Shown here: piece by piece, positions 18,581-29,325 of the stretch | Position numbering within the stretch: position 1 is the stretch's first letter | How the letters are laid out: each line of letters starts with the position of its first letter | Source of the DNA: a virus | Lineage: Duplodnaviria > Caudoviricetes | IMG/VR virus record: IMGVR_UViG_2772190661_000001 | Location: 32,001-96,000 of that record | Length of the DNA stretch: 64,000 bases | Direction: 5' to 3' (one strand) | Made by a program: the position numbers and the translations under genes | The notes under the pieces: generated by a model | Told to the model about the DNA's origin: nothing | The model's input: only the letters and a program-made list of their open reading frames with translations | The model's database searches: none

Positions 18581-19035
18581 CGGTCGCCGTCCTCGACCAG
18601 CAGCGGTATGAACTCCGCCCGCCGTGCCCGGTCCACACGCCGCAGGTCCAGGACGATCTGGACAACACGCGCCCACCCGCCGACCGCGATCGCCGCCACG
18701 AACCCGCCCGCGACCAGCGCCGCCCAGCCGCTGACCGTGAACACCGCGATCACGTACATCGTCACGCCGCCCGCCAGGAGAAGCACGCCGGCCATCTCCA
18801 CCCGCAGGCCCGTCTCGACCCGGCCCCGCCACCACGCCCCGACCAGCGAGACCAGGCCCGCGGCGGCGAGCATCGTCATCCACACCACGATCAGCTCGTG
18901 CGGCATCGTCTTCTCCGCCGACTTCGGCACCTGCCCCGTCGTGGCCAGGACCAGGCCGACGAATATCGTCGCCACCATGATCGCGGCCTCGAACGGGTGC
19001 CGGCCGCTGGTCACCTGGATAGGGCGGGACGTCAC
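18577..19035 (-). CDS. 4-TM lysis-associated membrane protein
   Basis: Four hydrophobic segments downstream of the endolysin. Confidence 0.7.
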   Translation of the reverse strand: MTSRPIQVTSGRHPFEAAIMVATIFVGLVLATTGQVPKSAEKTMPHELIVVWMTMLAAAGLVSLVGAWWRGRVETGLRVEMAGVLLLAGGVTMYVIAVFTVSGWAALVAGGFVAAIAVGGWARVVQIVLDLRRVDRARRAEFIPLLVEDGDR

Positions 19036-20072
19036 GCCCGCGCCTCGTCCAGGCCGCCCAAGACCCGGCGCAGCGCGGTCTCCTGCGCGGCGACGAGCGC
19101 ATCCGGCGCCACCTGCCCGACCAGCTGCTGCCCGACCGCGGCGACCAGGAGCGGGGCGAGCTCGGACGCGATCTGCGCCCGCATCGCATGCAGCACCTGC
19201 AGCTGCTCGGCCGCCCGCTGGTCAATCCGGGCCAGCACCTCCGCCGCGCCCGCCCGGCCCTGGACCGCGGTCAGGATCGCCTCGTCGCGGAGCTTCTGCC
19301 GACCCGCCTCCGCCTGCCAGTCCTGGGCCATCGCCAGCAGCAGCATCAGCGGAGAGCCGCCCTGCGGCAGGTTCACGATCCCGGGAGTCCCGACCCGCTG
19401 GGTCAGGAAGTCACGCAGGTTCGAGTCGTCGACGACCCACTGGCCGACCGTCCGGCCGGGGTTGGACGTGGCTCCGGGGAGCCGGTCGGTGAACTGCATG
19501 GTCGCTCCTGTGCTGGTGATGATGGTGCGGGCCCGCCACGCCTCCAGGGTTTCGCCGCGCAGGATCGACAGGATCCGGTCGGCGAGGTCCGGGAGGGTCA
19601 CGAACCTACGGATGATCGACCCGTGCAAATGCCAGAGATGGCTGTCGTCCCGGCCCGAATCCGGGCCCGCATCAGCGCCGACACCCAGCGCCCGCCCGCC
19701 GGTCAGGACGTAGCAGTAGACGACCCGGCTGTCCTTCGTCCCGATGAACTCCCGCAGAATCGGCCGGCCCGCCACGTACAGCCGTGAGTCCCGGGCGCGG
19801 GCCGCCACGTCAAGCCGGGAGGTGTAGAGCCGCATCGCCGCCGCCGACATCGTGAAGTCGAACGCCGCCGCCTTGTCCTTCGGCCCGGCCAGGTCGTCCG
19901 CCAGCTGCAGCGAATAGTCGTCCTCGTCGAGACGGGACGGCCACGAGTGGTAGCCGGGCTTCTCCGCGACGATCCCGCCGAGGACCGCGGTCGGTTCCAG
20001 TCCGTCCATGCCGATCCACAGCTGCCACACCGGCTCGGTGATCCGCAGCGGGTTCGGGTTCCGTGCCGCCAT
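19032..20072 (-). CDS. Putative endolysin (Zn-peptidase-like)
   Basis: GYH...AAAFD...DSHLWHLHGS metal-ligand pattern; located between tail and holin genes. Confidence 0.65.
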   Translation of the reverse strand: MAARNPNPLRITEPVWQLWIGMDGLEPTAVLGGIVAEKPGYHSWPSRLDEDDYSLQLADDLAGPKDKAAAFDFTMSAAAMRLYTSRLDVAARARDSRLYVAGRPILREFIGTKDSRVVYCYVLTGGRALGVGADAGPDSGRDDSHLWHLHGSIIRRFVTLPDLADRILSILRGETLEAWRARTIITSTGATMQFTDRLPGATSNPGRTVGQWVVDDSNLRDFLTQRVGTPGIVNLPQGGSPLMLLLAMAQDWQAEAGRQKLRDEAILTAVQGRAGAAEVLARIDQRAAEQLQVLHAMRAQIASELAPLLVAAVGQQLVGQVAPDALVAAQETALRRVLGGLDEARA

Positions 20073-20329
20073 CAGCCCTCCCCTGCGGCCGCGATCACGT
20101 CGTACTCGTCACCAAGCGCCGCGTGCAGGGCGCCGACCTCGGAGTACCAGCGGTTGTCGCCGGCATGCCCGCCCGGGTCGACCCGCCACACCGACCCGTC
20201 CCACCGGTAGACCCAGGCCATGTGCCGGGGCTTGTCGACGAGGACGAACCCGGCAGGGAACCGCGACAGCTGGATCTGGCCGTGCAGCGGCCCACCCATG
20301 CAGGCCGCTTCGTAAGGCTGCTCGGGCAT
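20072..20329 (-). CDS. Small hypothetical phage protein
   Basis: GAGGGG RBS; CMGGPLHG motif. Confidence 0.55.
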   Translation of the reverse strand: MPEQPYEAACMGGPLHGQIQLSRFPAGFVLVDKPRHMAWVYRWDGSVWRVDPGGHAGDNRWYSEVGALHAALGDEYDVIAAAGEG

Positions 20330-20340
20330 GACCACCCCTC

Positions 20341-20859
20341 TCAGTTGATCAGCGAGCGGTAGAGGGACACCTCGAAAACGCACGTGATCGTGGACGTCTC
20401 GCTGCCGGTCCCGAGCATGTTCAGCGCGCCGCCGGACGTCTGCCAGCCGAACAGCTCCACGAAGTCCGTCGTGCCGTTGCACTCGATCAGCCGCTGCACC
20501 GACACGGACATCGGCGTCGCCGTCAGGTTCGCGATCCGCTCCGACGGCGCCATCAACGTCCCGTTCCGGGCGATGATCGCCCGCCGTTCCCCCGTCGCAT
20601 TCGACGCCCACCACACCGTCCCCTGGCACAGATACGTGCCAGGCACCGACGGCGTCACCCTGGACGGGTTGACGGTCGTCGAATGAAAGTCGTGGGTGTC
20701 GTACACCTCCACCGACGTGCCGCCGAAAACGACCGGGAACCCTGACCCGGACGTCGGATGGGACTGGTCAGCGCCCAGGATCAACCTGGTCACCGGCCGG
20801 TCCGCCATCAGATTCAGGCGGGCCGGGGTCAACTTCATGCCGGCGAGAAACGTCGCCAT
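20341..20859 (-). CDS. Minor tail protein (C1q/TNF-like beta sandwich)
   Basis: FLAGMKLTPARLN N-terminus; NPSRVTPSVPGTY...NGTTDFVEL motifs; GGAGG RBS. Confidence 0.7.
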   Translation of the reverse strand: MATFLAGMKLTPARLNLMADRPVTRLILGADQSHPTSGSGFPVVFGGTSVEVYDTHDFHSTTVNPSRVTPSVPGTYLCQGTVWWASNATGERRAIIARNGTLMAPSERIANLTATPMSVSVQRLIECNGTTDFVELFGWQTSGGALNMLGTGSETSTITCVFEVSLYRSLIN

Positions 20860-20896
20860 CGCCAGCCTCCTATCGAAGCCGGGATGGACGGGAAGG

Positions 20897-23776
20897 TCAG
20901 AGCGGCAGGTAGGCGGGGTCGGCCACGTCAACCGGCTCCAGAGCGAAGTGCGCGACCGCAGCGGTCCCGTCGACCCCGCGCGCGACCAGCGAGATCGTCT
21001 GCACGCCGGAGACCGGCAGCGCCGCCGACGTCGCCGTGACGAGCTCGTCACCGATCCGCAACTGCATCGGATAGTCGGCCGGGTCCGTCGTCCAGTACGC
21101 GCCCACATTGGAGACGCGGGCGGACATCCCCGACGACGTCATCCCCGACGCCAACTGCGACCCGTCCGTGGCCAGGCGGATGTCGGAGTCGAGAACAGCC
21201 ACATCCCACGGGGAGTAGGTGCTGCAGTTGGCCTTCACCTGCCACGACCGCGGCGCCAGGGTCTCCGAATAGCCGTCCAAGACCTGCGAGATGATCCCCG
21301 GCGTAGCCACGGACGGGGCGTTGATCCGGTCGATGCGGCAGCCGATGTCCGCGGCCAGCCACGCCGAGATCAGGCCAGGGTTCGACGACAGGTCGATCGG
21401 CAGATCGGGGTAGCGGACCTCGTCGATCGTGCCCAGCCGGACGTCCCACGACGCGTGCAGAACGGCCTGGGAGTCCGTGGCCACGTTCGCCTGCCGGCTG
21501 TTCGTGTAGCGGCCGTTCGCGTCGATGTGCGCCTTGTCCTCGTACCGGCCCTCAGACCCGGACGGGCGCGTCACCGTCGCCTCGTTGACCACACCCTCGT
21601 CGTCCCAGACCGGCCGGAGCACATCCGCCTGCTGGCCGCCCTCCACCCGGTACGTGGCCAAGTCGATGACCATCGCCGGGGTCAGGTTGTAGCGGGCACC
21701 GCGCGGCAGATAGGCGAGCGCGAAAGCCTTCTCGTACCTGATCCCGCCGTCGGTCTCGGCCGCATCCTTGAGCAGGTCCATCAGTGCGGCGTCCGCCTGC
21801 GCGCCCATCGGCGTCCCCACGCCGGCGTCCGTCACCGCGGTGATCGCCACCGGCACCCCGGCCTCCGCGCACAGGCGCAGAATCCGGCGGTGCGCGGGCT
21901 CACCCGCCCACGCCTGCCACACGGTGGCTTTCAGGCCGGTCAGCGGGTCCGTCGTCGAGTCCGATCCGATCGGGATGTCCTTGGTGTCCCACACCTGGAC
22001 GTGCCCGGCACCCCACTGCTTGCCGAGGTCGTTGCTCGCGGCGTTGTTGACGACCCCGGCGGGGTTGACCGTGACCTGCCCGATCCGGCCCAGCGTGCCC
22101 ACGATCGTCGACGGCACAAAACCGGCGGTCGACGAGTCGCCCAGCCACAGCCTGACGTTGACGTTGCCGCCGGACTGGACCGCGTCGACCTGGTACTGGG
22201 CCAGGCCGGACGTGCCGAACGTCAGGATCTCGCCGGTCTTCGTCCCGTCGGCCGTGAAATACTCCAAGATCAGGTTGCCGTCGGAGCGGGCCGTGACCAG
22301 CCACCGCGCCCACGAGCCCGTCACGAACCGGATCTCGTACAGCGGAATATCAGCCCCGAACCCCGGGGCGAACACCGCGGCCAACGCACGGACCGCCCAC
22401 TCCACCGGCGACGACGTACCCCGCCGGACCGTGCCCGTCAGCCGCCCACCCGACGACATGTCCGCGATCGGGGCAGTCCCCCACCGGCGCGTCGACGGCA
22501 CCGGCGGCGGAGGCGTATACCCCGCCCAGCCGACCTTGAGACTGCCGCGCTGCATCGGAAAACTCTCGTCGACCGCGCTCGCACCGCGGGTCGCGTCCTG
22601 CCCGTCCTCCAAGGGCCAATAGCCGATCAACGGCTGACCGGACGCCCGATACCGCTCGGCCGCCGCCCGGATCGGCGAATACGCCGCCCGCTGGCCCCGC
22701 TGCAACCTGCGGGAGATCCCGGAGATCCGCACCTTGACCGTCGACCACGTGTACCCGCCCGTGGACGGCAGAAAGCCGGGCTGCCAGTCGTCAGCGAACC
22801 CGGCGAGCCTGGTCGAGTACGGGATGATCGACACGTTGTCCCAGGCAATCGCCGGGAACGTCGTCGACGTGTCCGTGATCCCCGACCGGACCCCGTGCCC
22901 CACACCCACCGCGGTGATCGCCGTATCCGTCGCCGCGACCATCCACCCCGACGGCTCCGGATCCGTACCCGTCCACAACCGCAGACCGAGCTCACCATCA
23001 CCACACCGGCCACGCATGTGCAACGGCATCCCGACCGTATAGATGATCCCGGTCAGCACCTCCGCCAGCACCGCGTCCACGTTCCCGACCCGGCGGATAA
23101 TCTGCGCGATCACCTGCCCCGTCGACGAGATGATCCGCGCCCGCATCTGGTAGTAGTCCACATACGTCGCCGAAATCCGCGACGCGAAACCCGCATGCAC
23201 CGCCCCGTTGTCCGGCAGACCGGACAGCGTCACCGTCCCGAACAGCTCGACCTCGGGAGCCAGCACCTGCAGGTGCGAAATCCGATACCCGCCCGCCGCC
23301 TGGACCCGATGCAGGCCCTGGGTGCCGTTGAGGGCGAAGTCCGTGCTGGTCGTATACGGAACGGTCGCAGCCCAGAACCAGGGCATGCCCGACGACGACG
23401 TCCCCCACCGGATGTCCCCCGCCGGCGGCCGGTCAAAGGTGTCCTCGGCGTCCGCGACGTGCGGGTAGACGCGAAGCCTGGCCGGGACCGCGCGGGTGAT
23501 CGGATACGCGCCGGGCCGCTTTGGGGTCAGCTTTCCGTCGTCGTTGACGAGGGTGACCGTGCCCGACTGTGCCTGCGCCTCCGCGGCGCCCGCGGACCGG
23601 CCGCGCTGGATCGTGATCGGGTCCGCGAGCAGTCGCGGTGTCAGGTCCGTCCACGACCACGTGTGCGGCAGTTGCGTGAGGTCGGCGCCGAACGCGACCT
23701 CCAGGGCGGCATCCAGCTCGGCGTCGGGAAACGGGCTGCCGGTCCTCGACGTGGCCGGCGTGACGAACAGCGGCAT
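20897..23776 (-). CDS. Large minor tail/tail-tip hub protein
   Basis: WTDLT...ITIQRGR...LVNDDG start; YWPLEDG; ETDGGI motifs of actinophage tail proteins. Confidence 0.8.
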   Translation of the reverse strand: MPLFVTPATSRTGSPFPDAELDAALEVAFGADLTQLPHTWSWTDLTPRLLADPITIQRGRSAGAAEAQAQSGTVTLVNDDGKLTPKRPGAYPITRAVPARLRVYPHVADAEDTFDRPPAGDIRWGTSSSGMPWFWAATVPYTTSTDFALNGTQGLHRVQAAGGYRISHLQVLAPEVELFGTVTLSGLPDNGAVHAGFASRISATYVDYYQMRARIISSTGQVIAQIIRRVGNVDAVLAEVLTGIIYTVGMPLHMRGRCGDGELGLRLWTGTDPEPSGWMVAATDTAITAVGVGHGVRSGITDTSTTFPAIAWDNVSIIPYSTRLAGFADDWQPGFLPSTGGYTWSTVKVRISGISRRLQRGQRAAYSPIRAAAERYRASGQPLIGYWPLEDGQDATRGASAVDESFPMQRGSLKVGWAGYTPPPPVPSTRRWGTAPIADMSSGGRLTGTVRRGTSSPVEWAVRALAAVFAPGFGADIPLYEIRFVTGSWARWLVTARSDGNLILEYFTADGTKTGEILTFGTSGLAQYQVDAVQSGGNVNVRLWLGDSSTAGFVPSTIVGTLGRIGQVTVNPAGVVNNAASNDLGKQWGAGHVQVWDTKDIPIGSDSTTDPLTGLKATVWQAWAGEPAHRRILRLCAEAGVPVAITAVTDAGVGTPMGAQADAALMDLLKDAAETDGGIRYEKAFALAYLPRGARYNLTPAMVIDLATYRVEGGQQADVLRPVWDDEGVVNEATVTRPSGSEGRYEDKAHIDANGRYTNSRQANVATDSQAVLHASWDVRLGTIDEVRYPDLPIDLSSNPGLISAWLAADIGCRIDRINAPSVATPGIISQVLDGYSETLAPRSWQVKANCSTYSPWDVAVLDSDIRLATDGSQLASGMTSSGMSARVSNVGAYWTTDPADYPMQLRIGDELVTATSAALPVSGVQTISLVARGVDGTAAVAHFALEPVDVADPAYLPL

Positions 23777-23789
23777 CAGCGCACCCCCG

Positions 23790-25559
23790 TCACGTGGCCG
23801 TGAAGATCTGGTAGCGGGAGACGCGCCAGCGCTGGTTCGCCCCGTGGTAGACGGCGGTGATCTCCGCTGTGGACCCGGACGCGATCGCGGACACCGTCAC
23901 CGTCGGCGTACCGGACGCGAGCACGAACCCGCCCGTACCGGTCGCGAGCGTCGGCGTGCGCGCGCCGCCCGACGCGGTCAGGCGCCACGTGCACTCCTGA
24001 CCATCACTGGCGTTCGTCGGCACACCGAGCGTGCGGTTACCGGCCATCGCCGCCACCGCGAAGTACGAGCCGAGGCTAGCGTCGGTGGCGATCGCCGCCG
24101 CGTCCGTGAGCGCGATCGTCGGCGCCTGCATTTTCACGCCGGGGCCGACCTTGAGCGCGGCCGCGACCGTACCCGGCCCGGCGTACGTGCAGTCGCGGAC
24201 GACCGCGAAGTCGGCGACGTCGGCATTGACGGTGCTGCCGGTGTCGGCGTAGATGCTGATCGGCCCGGCCACGTTCGGCTTCGCGCTGTACGTGTTGTCG
24301 TCGTCGATGAGCAGCACCGTCGCCGACGGCTCCACATACGCGAGTCCGCAGCGGACCCGAGAGCCGTAGCCGTCCAGGTCGGCGAGCACGGACCCGTTCT
24401 TCAGCGTGACGTGGACGAAGTCGATGTCAATGTCGTAGGCGGCCGAGGCGATCGCGGCCGCGGTCCCGAACTGCTCCACATTGCAGTTGACCAGCCGGAT
24501 GTGGGCGGTCGCGCCGATGAACCGCCATGCGATCATGCCCGTTGTGGCCGGGTTCGCAATGCTATGGCATGTAAGAAACAAATTCTGATTCTGCTGGCCC
24601 GCATTGCTCTCCAGCGAATACGCGGCCCCGCCCGCCGCACCCGTATACAGGTCGACGAAGCACCGGCTGACGGTCATGTCGCCCGGGTTGAAGTCCGCGT
24701 GCGACGAGGAGAACCGCATCCCGTTCGTGGTGCCGTTGACCTCGATGTCGGAGATCGTGGCCCGGAACATGTTGTCGAGGTCCAACGCCCAGCCGCTGTC
24801 GGTGCCCGCGAACGAGCCGAGCACCTGGATCCGATGGATCGTCGACATCCACGCCGACCGGTGGCCGGCCGCGGGCGTCGCGGTCGCGACCGCCTGGATG
24901 CCGTCGGACGTACCGCCGATCGTCAAGCCCAGATCCCAGACGTGCGCCCTCACGCACTTCGTCAGCCGGACGCCGCAGTTGACGCCGCCAGCCACGTTCA
25001 GGGTCGTGTTCTTCGGGCCCGCGCCGCGCAGGTACAGATCCTGCTCGACGTCCACGTCATCGAAACCCTCGACGAGGATCGGCGCCGCCAGGTTGTAGAC
25101 GCCCGCGGTCAGCAACACCGTCCCGCCCGCCCCGGCCCGGAGCGCGGCCAGCGCAGCATTGATCTCGACGTCGTCCGCGGTCCCGTCACAGTTGTAGGCG
25201 CCGACGATCCCGGACCCGTTCGCCGACACCACCAAGGTGTTCGGCAGCGACGCCCCGCCCGCGCCGCCCGACGTGCCCCGAATCCGGTAGCGGACGCCCG
25301 AGTTCGGATCCTGGACCCAGATGTCCGCCGTGAAGCCGTCAGGGCCATAGAACAGGACCCGCCCGTTCACATCCGCGGTCACCACCGCAGAAGCCGCACC
25401 GACCGCTGTCTGCAGGTCCGTCAGCGCCGACCCGCCCGTCAACGCCGACCAGGCCGTCAGAATCATGCCCGGTGCGATCGCCGGCACCTGATACCCGCCG
25501 ACCGACTGCGCGGTCGCCACGTAGTCGGCGGGCGCGCCACCGTAGAGCGTCCGGGCCAT
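23790..25559 (-). CDS. Tail spike/fibre with predicted beta-helix (depolymerase-like)
   Basis: DGTADDVEINAAL...GGTVLLTAGVYNL start typical of pectate-lyase-like beta helices. Confidence 0.72.
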   Translation of the reverse strand: MARTLYGGAPADYVATAQSVGGYQVPAIAPGMILTAWSALTGGSALTDLQTAVGAASAVVTADVNGRVLFYGPDGFTADIWVQDPNSGVRYRIRGTSGGAGGASLPNTLVVSANGSGIVGAYNCDGTADDVEINAALAALRAGAGGTVLLTAGVYNLAAPILVEGFDDVDVEQDLYLRGAGPKNTTLNVAGGVNCGVRLTKCVRAHVWDLGLTIGGTSDGIQAVATATPAAGHRSAWMSTIHRIQVLGSFAGTDSGWALDLDNMFRATISDIEVNGTTNGMRFSSSHADFNPGDMTVSRCFVDLYTGAAGGAAYSLESNAGQQNQNLFLTCHSIANPATTGMIAWRFIGATAHIRLVNCNVEQFGTAAAIASAAYDIDIDFVHVTLKNGSVLADLDGYGSRVRCGLAYVEPSATVLLIDDDNTYSAKPNVAGPISIYADTGSTVNADVADFAVVRDCTYAGPGTVAAALKVGPGVKMQAPTIALTDAAAIATDASLGSYFAVAAMAGNRTLGVPTNASDGQECTWRLTASGGARTPTLATGTGGFVLASGTPTVTVSAIASGSTAEITAVYHGANQRWRVSRYQIFTAT

Positions 25560-25562
25560 CGG

Positions 25563-28500
25563 CTACCTCCGTCGTCCGTCGCCGAGCGCGACCTGCGCGT
25601 CTCCGCCATAGCGGATCGCGACCATGCCCCGGATCGCGTCTAGGATCTGGTCGCCCGTCGCATTCCGGGCCCACGCCAGCTCCGGGCTCGGCGGCGCCTG
25701 CAGGGTCATGCCGGCCGAGAACGCGGCCTCGGCCTGGGCGTAGATGCCGTGCGGGTCGGCGACAATCGACGACGCGATGTCGTCCGAGATGCCGCCCAGT
25801 TCCGAGCCGAGCAGCCCACGCCGCGAGGCGATGCCCTCGATCAGGCCGTCCATGATGGCCGCGCCCTCGGGGATGAGGAGCTTGCGGTCTTTCTCGATCG
25901 GACCCTTGTTGTTCTTGATGAAGGTGGCGACGCCGCCGAGGTAGCCGCCCAGCGTGGAGAGCATCGAGCCGATACCCGAAATCAGGCCCGACACGATCGC
26001 ACGCCCGGCGCTGTAGAGCAGGTTCCCGGTTGCTCCGAGCCCGTTCGCGACGCGGGTGCGCAGCCCGGACGCGGTCGACTGCAGCGATCCGGCCAGGCCG
26101 GAGATCCCGGATTGGAGCCCGGAGACGAAGTCCCGGCCCTTCTGCACCAGCGTGCTGCCGGCGTTCCCGACCGCGTCCCGGACCTTCCCCGGGATCTCGC
26201 GGGCCTTCGACGACAGCGACCCGAACAGGGACCCGATCCCGTTGATCAGGCCCTGGATGAGGTCCTTGCCGATCTGCATGAACACGGTCGACGGCGAGGC
26301 GATCCCGAGCCCGGACTTGACCTTGCCGACCAGGCTGTTCGGGCCCGACCACAGCAGGCTCGCCGCCGCCGACGCCAGCAGCGACCCGAGGGCTTTCGCG
26401 CCCTCCACGACACCCTCGACGATCGCCCCGCCGACCGACTTGGTCCTCTCCTTGACCGTCGTGCCGATCCCGGACCAGTCGATCTCGCCGATCCACTTGC
26501 CGATGTTGTAGAGCAACTCGTACTGGCCGAGGAAGGTGGCGTCGTCGCCGGGATCAAGGGAGCTGAAGAAGTTCGAGATCGACTCGGCCTTGCCGACCAG
26601 GTCGCCGACCGACTTCGCAAACTCTTTGAAGTCCTCGATGTAGCCGCGGATCCGCTCCTGCGTCTCCGGATCCTTTAGAGACGTCGCCAAGTCGTCCATG
26701 AACGCCTTGAACTGCTTGAAGGGCGACTCCTCGTCCTTCTGCTCCGACCCGGTCAGGATCTCAAAGAACGAGCCGACGATCGAACCGGCATCCTTAGCGA
26801 TGTCCTTCAAATCGTTGAAGTAGCCGGTCGCGTCCTGGAAGAACTGCTCCAGGCGGCCGTCCTCCGCCATCGAGTTGATTTTGTCGGAGAACTTCTGCAG
26901 CCCGTTCGCGATCGACGACCCGACCGCGTCCAGGAACGGCTTCGCCTCCGCCGCCAGCGACGCGAACGCCTCCACCAGCGGGCCGGTGACAACCTTGCCG
27001 ATCTTCTCGAAGTTCGACCGGATCGTCTCCGCGCCAGTGATCAGATCGTCGATGACCTGTGGCTTCTGCAACGTCTGGCTGAGGTTCTTGAACAGGCCGT
27101 TGAACGTGTCCGCGTACGAGCCGAGAGACTCCTCCAGCCGCGGCAGCCACGCATTCGCCAGATTCGTGATCTCCACGCCGAGGCCGGCGAACAACCGGTT
27201 CTGCACACCCAGGCGCAGCTCCTCGAACGCCGGCCCCAACGCCTTGATCGCATCGACGAACTTCTGCGCCTCAGGCGCCAGCTTGATCGTGTCGTCCAGG
27301 CCGCCGCCGCCACCCCCGCCACCGGCGGACGCGGCACGCTCCCTCGCCTGCGCCAGCGCATCCTGCGCCGAGATCAGCGAGTCATACGACGCCTTGACGC
27401 CATCGTTCGCGCTGGCCAGCCTGTCCTGGGCGTCGATGATCCCGTTCGCGGCATCCTCGACGGCCTTACGCGCGTCGGACTGCTCCTTCAGCGCGGCAAC
27501 AACCTCTTCGGAGCCCTCGATGCCCTTGCGGTTCGCCTCCCCGGACTCCTCGCCCAGATCCTCGACCGCATCCTTGGCGTTCTCGACCGCGAGCTTCGCC
27601 CGCTCGTAGCGGGACTCCGCCTCCTCGATCAGCTCCGGGTTGAACGTCGTCTTGGCCGCCGCCAGGTCCCGCTGCGCGTTCCGTAGCTCCCGCTCCGCGT
27701 CGCTCTGGTCCAGAACCGCGCCGCGTAGCGAGCGGCCCAAATCCTCGAACCGCTCCTGCGCCTGCTTCCGCGCCCGATCGACGATCCCCTGCAGGCGCGC
27801 CTCGGCGGCCAGCGCGTCCGTGTACGAACGGTTCGCCTCGGCCAGGCCGCGCTGCGCCTGCTGCAAACCACGCGACGCCGCCGCGATCCCGCGACGGGCC
27901 GCCTCCACCCCGCGCTCAGCCGCGGCGACACGGCGAGCACGGTCCTCGGCGGACTCGCCACCACCGCCACCCGAACCGCCGCCGCCGACCTTCTTTTTGA
28001 ACGCGTCGCCGATGCCCGAGAAGCCGAGCTTCAGCGTTGCGAAACCCGCGCCGATACCGGCAATCAGGCCCGGCAGCGACGCCAGCACGCCCGCGAGCGT
28101 GTAGACCAGCGGCACCGCGGCGCTAGCCGCGAAACCGATCCCGGCGACGATCCCGGCCGCGATCGCCGCCACACCAGCAGCCGACCCGACAGCGCCCAGC
28201 GACCTGGCCACCCCGCCGACGCTGCCAACCACATCCGACGCCACCCCAGCCAGCTGCGAGAGAGCAGCCGAGATCGCGCTCGTCTTTGGCGGGTCGACCT
28301 CGACCTTCGCCTTCACCCGCGCCGACGCTGCCGCGACCAGCGCCCGCAGCTTCAACTCGAACTCCCGGCGGCCCTCAGGGTCGACCGGGATCTTCGCCTT
28401 CAACTGCTGCTGAATCGCGCCCAGCTCGGCCCCGAGCTCCTGCCGGAAACCGGCCGTGTCCGCGTTGACCGGCACCTTCGCGTTCACGGTCTTCGCCAGC

Positions 28501-28901
28501 CCGGCCACCTGCACGCCCAGCTCACGCCGAAACGCGTCGAAGACCGGGTCGACGACGACCGGGACCGTGACCGGTTCCGGCTTCGGAACCTTCGGCAGCT
28601 TCTCCGGCTTCGGCTCCGAAGACCTCGGCGCCCGAGGCGCCCGCGGGGCAGGCTGGCCGCCGGACGGTTCGGCCGGCACCTTCATCCGGGCCTTGCCGAG
28701 CTGCTCCTTGAGCCTGCTCGTGTCGAGCACCGGCGTGACGGTGACCGTCAGCTTCTCGCCGTTGATCGCCTTCTGCAGGACCGACTTGAAATCGACGCCC
28801 TTGAACGCACCCTCGATCTCGCGCTTCAGGGACTTCGCGAGCTTCCGGGTGTCCGCGACGACCTCGACGCTGACTTGCCCCACGGAAATCGGAGCGGTCA
28901 C
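25563..28901 (-). CDS. Tail tape measure protein
   Basis: 1112 aa, Ala/Gly-rich helical; VGQVSVEVVADT start; LGIASPSTVF motif; follows the chaperone genes. Confidence 0.9.
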   Translation of the reverse strand: MTAPISVGQVSVEVVADTRKLAKSLKREIEGAFKGVDFKSVLQKAINGEKLTVTVTPVLDTSRLKEQLGKARMKVPAEPSGGQPAPRAPRAPRSSEPKPEKLPKVPKPEPVTVPVVVDPVFDAFRRELGVQVAGLAKTVNAKVPVNADTAGFRQELGAELGAIQQQLKAKIPVDPEGRREFELKLRALVAAASARVKAKVEVDPPKTSAISAALSQLAGVASDVVGSVGGVARSLGAVGSAAGVAAIAAGIVAGIGFAASAAVPLVYTLAGVLASLPGLIAGIGAGFATLKLGFSGIGDAFKKKVGGGGSGGGGGESAEDRARRVAAAERGVEAARRGIAAASRGLQQAQRGLAEANRSYTDALAAEARLQGIVDRARKQAQERFEDLGRSLRGAVLDQSDAERELRNAQRDLAAAKTTFNPELIEEAESRYERAKLAVENAKDAVEDLGEESGEANRKGIEGSEEVVAALKEQSDARKAVEDAANGIIDAQDRLASANDGVKASYDSLISAQDALAQARERAASAGGGGGGGGLDDTIKLAPEAQKFVDAIKALGPAFEELRLGVQNRLFAGLGVEITNLANAWLPRLEESLGSYADTFNGLFKNLSQTLQKPQVIDDLITGAETIRSNFEKIGKVVTGPLVEAFASLAAEAKPFLDAVGSSIANGLQKFSDKINSMAEDGRLEQFFQDATGYFNDLKDIAKDAGSIVGSFFEILTGSEQKDEESPFKQFKAFMDDLATSLKDPETQERIRGYIEDFKEFAKSVGDLVGKAESISNFFSSLDPGDDATFLGQYELLYNIGKWIGEIDWSGIGTTVKERTKSVGGAIVEGVVEGAKALGSLLASAAASLLWSGPNSLVGKVKSGLGIASPSTVFMQIGKDLIQGLINGIGSLFGSLSSKAREIPGKVRDAVGNAGSTLVQKGRDFVSGLQSGISGLAGSLQSTASGLRTRVANGLGATGNLLYSAGRAIVSGLISGIGSMLSTLGGYLGGVATFIKNNKGPIEKDRKLLIPEGAAIMDGLIEGIASRRGLLGSELGGISDDIASSIVADPHGIYAQAEAAFSAGMTLQAPPSPELAWARNATGDQILDAIRGMVAIRYGGDAQVALGDGRRR

Positions 28902-28923
28902 GGGGATTCACCCCGATCCCGTC

Positions 28924-29325
28924 TCACGCTGCAGGGATCAGGCCCAGATTCCGCATCCGGCGCGCGAGGTCTTCACCGCGCTGCGCCGCCGACTTCTTCG
29001 GCTTCCCGTCTGGGATTTCGATCGGCTTCGGCCTGCGGCCCTTGCCGCCGCCGCGCTGCCAGTTCCCCGCGTTCACCGCGTGCAGGATGTTCCGCAGCAG
29101 GATCTCCGCCAGGCCCCACTCCGCGCGCTCGCCGAGCAGCTTCCGGTGTAGGGCCGACTCGCGCGGCAGCCCGCGGATCAGAACGATCAGCTCCCGGGAG
29201 CTGCGGCGGTCCCGGCCCTCGCTGAAGAGCGCTGCCGAGAGCCGGACTTGGTAGAACCGCGCGAGGTCTGCTTCGATGGCCTCCCCGTGCTCGTCGAGGA
29301 GTCGGAGGAGGCCTCCGATTCCCCC
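28924..29325 (-). CDS. Tail assembly chaperone, -1 frameshift extension (gpGT-like)
   Basis: Open -1 frame after the slippery site reads GGIGGLLRLLDEHGEAIEADL. Confidence 0.8.
   Translation of the reverse strand, partial: GGIGGLLRLLDEHGEAIEADLARFYQVRLSAALFSEGRDRRSSRELIVLIRGLPRESALHRKLLGERAEWGLAEILLRNILHAVNAGNWQRGGGKGRRPKPIEIPDGKPKKSAAQRGEDLARRMRNLGLIPAA

Noticed and set aside
20341-25559. Diversity-generating retroelement or invertible tail-fibre switch
   Set aside because: No reverse transcriptase, template/variable repeat pair or invertase nearby
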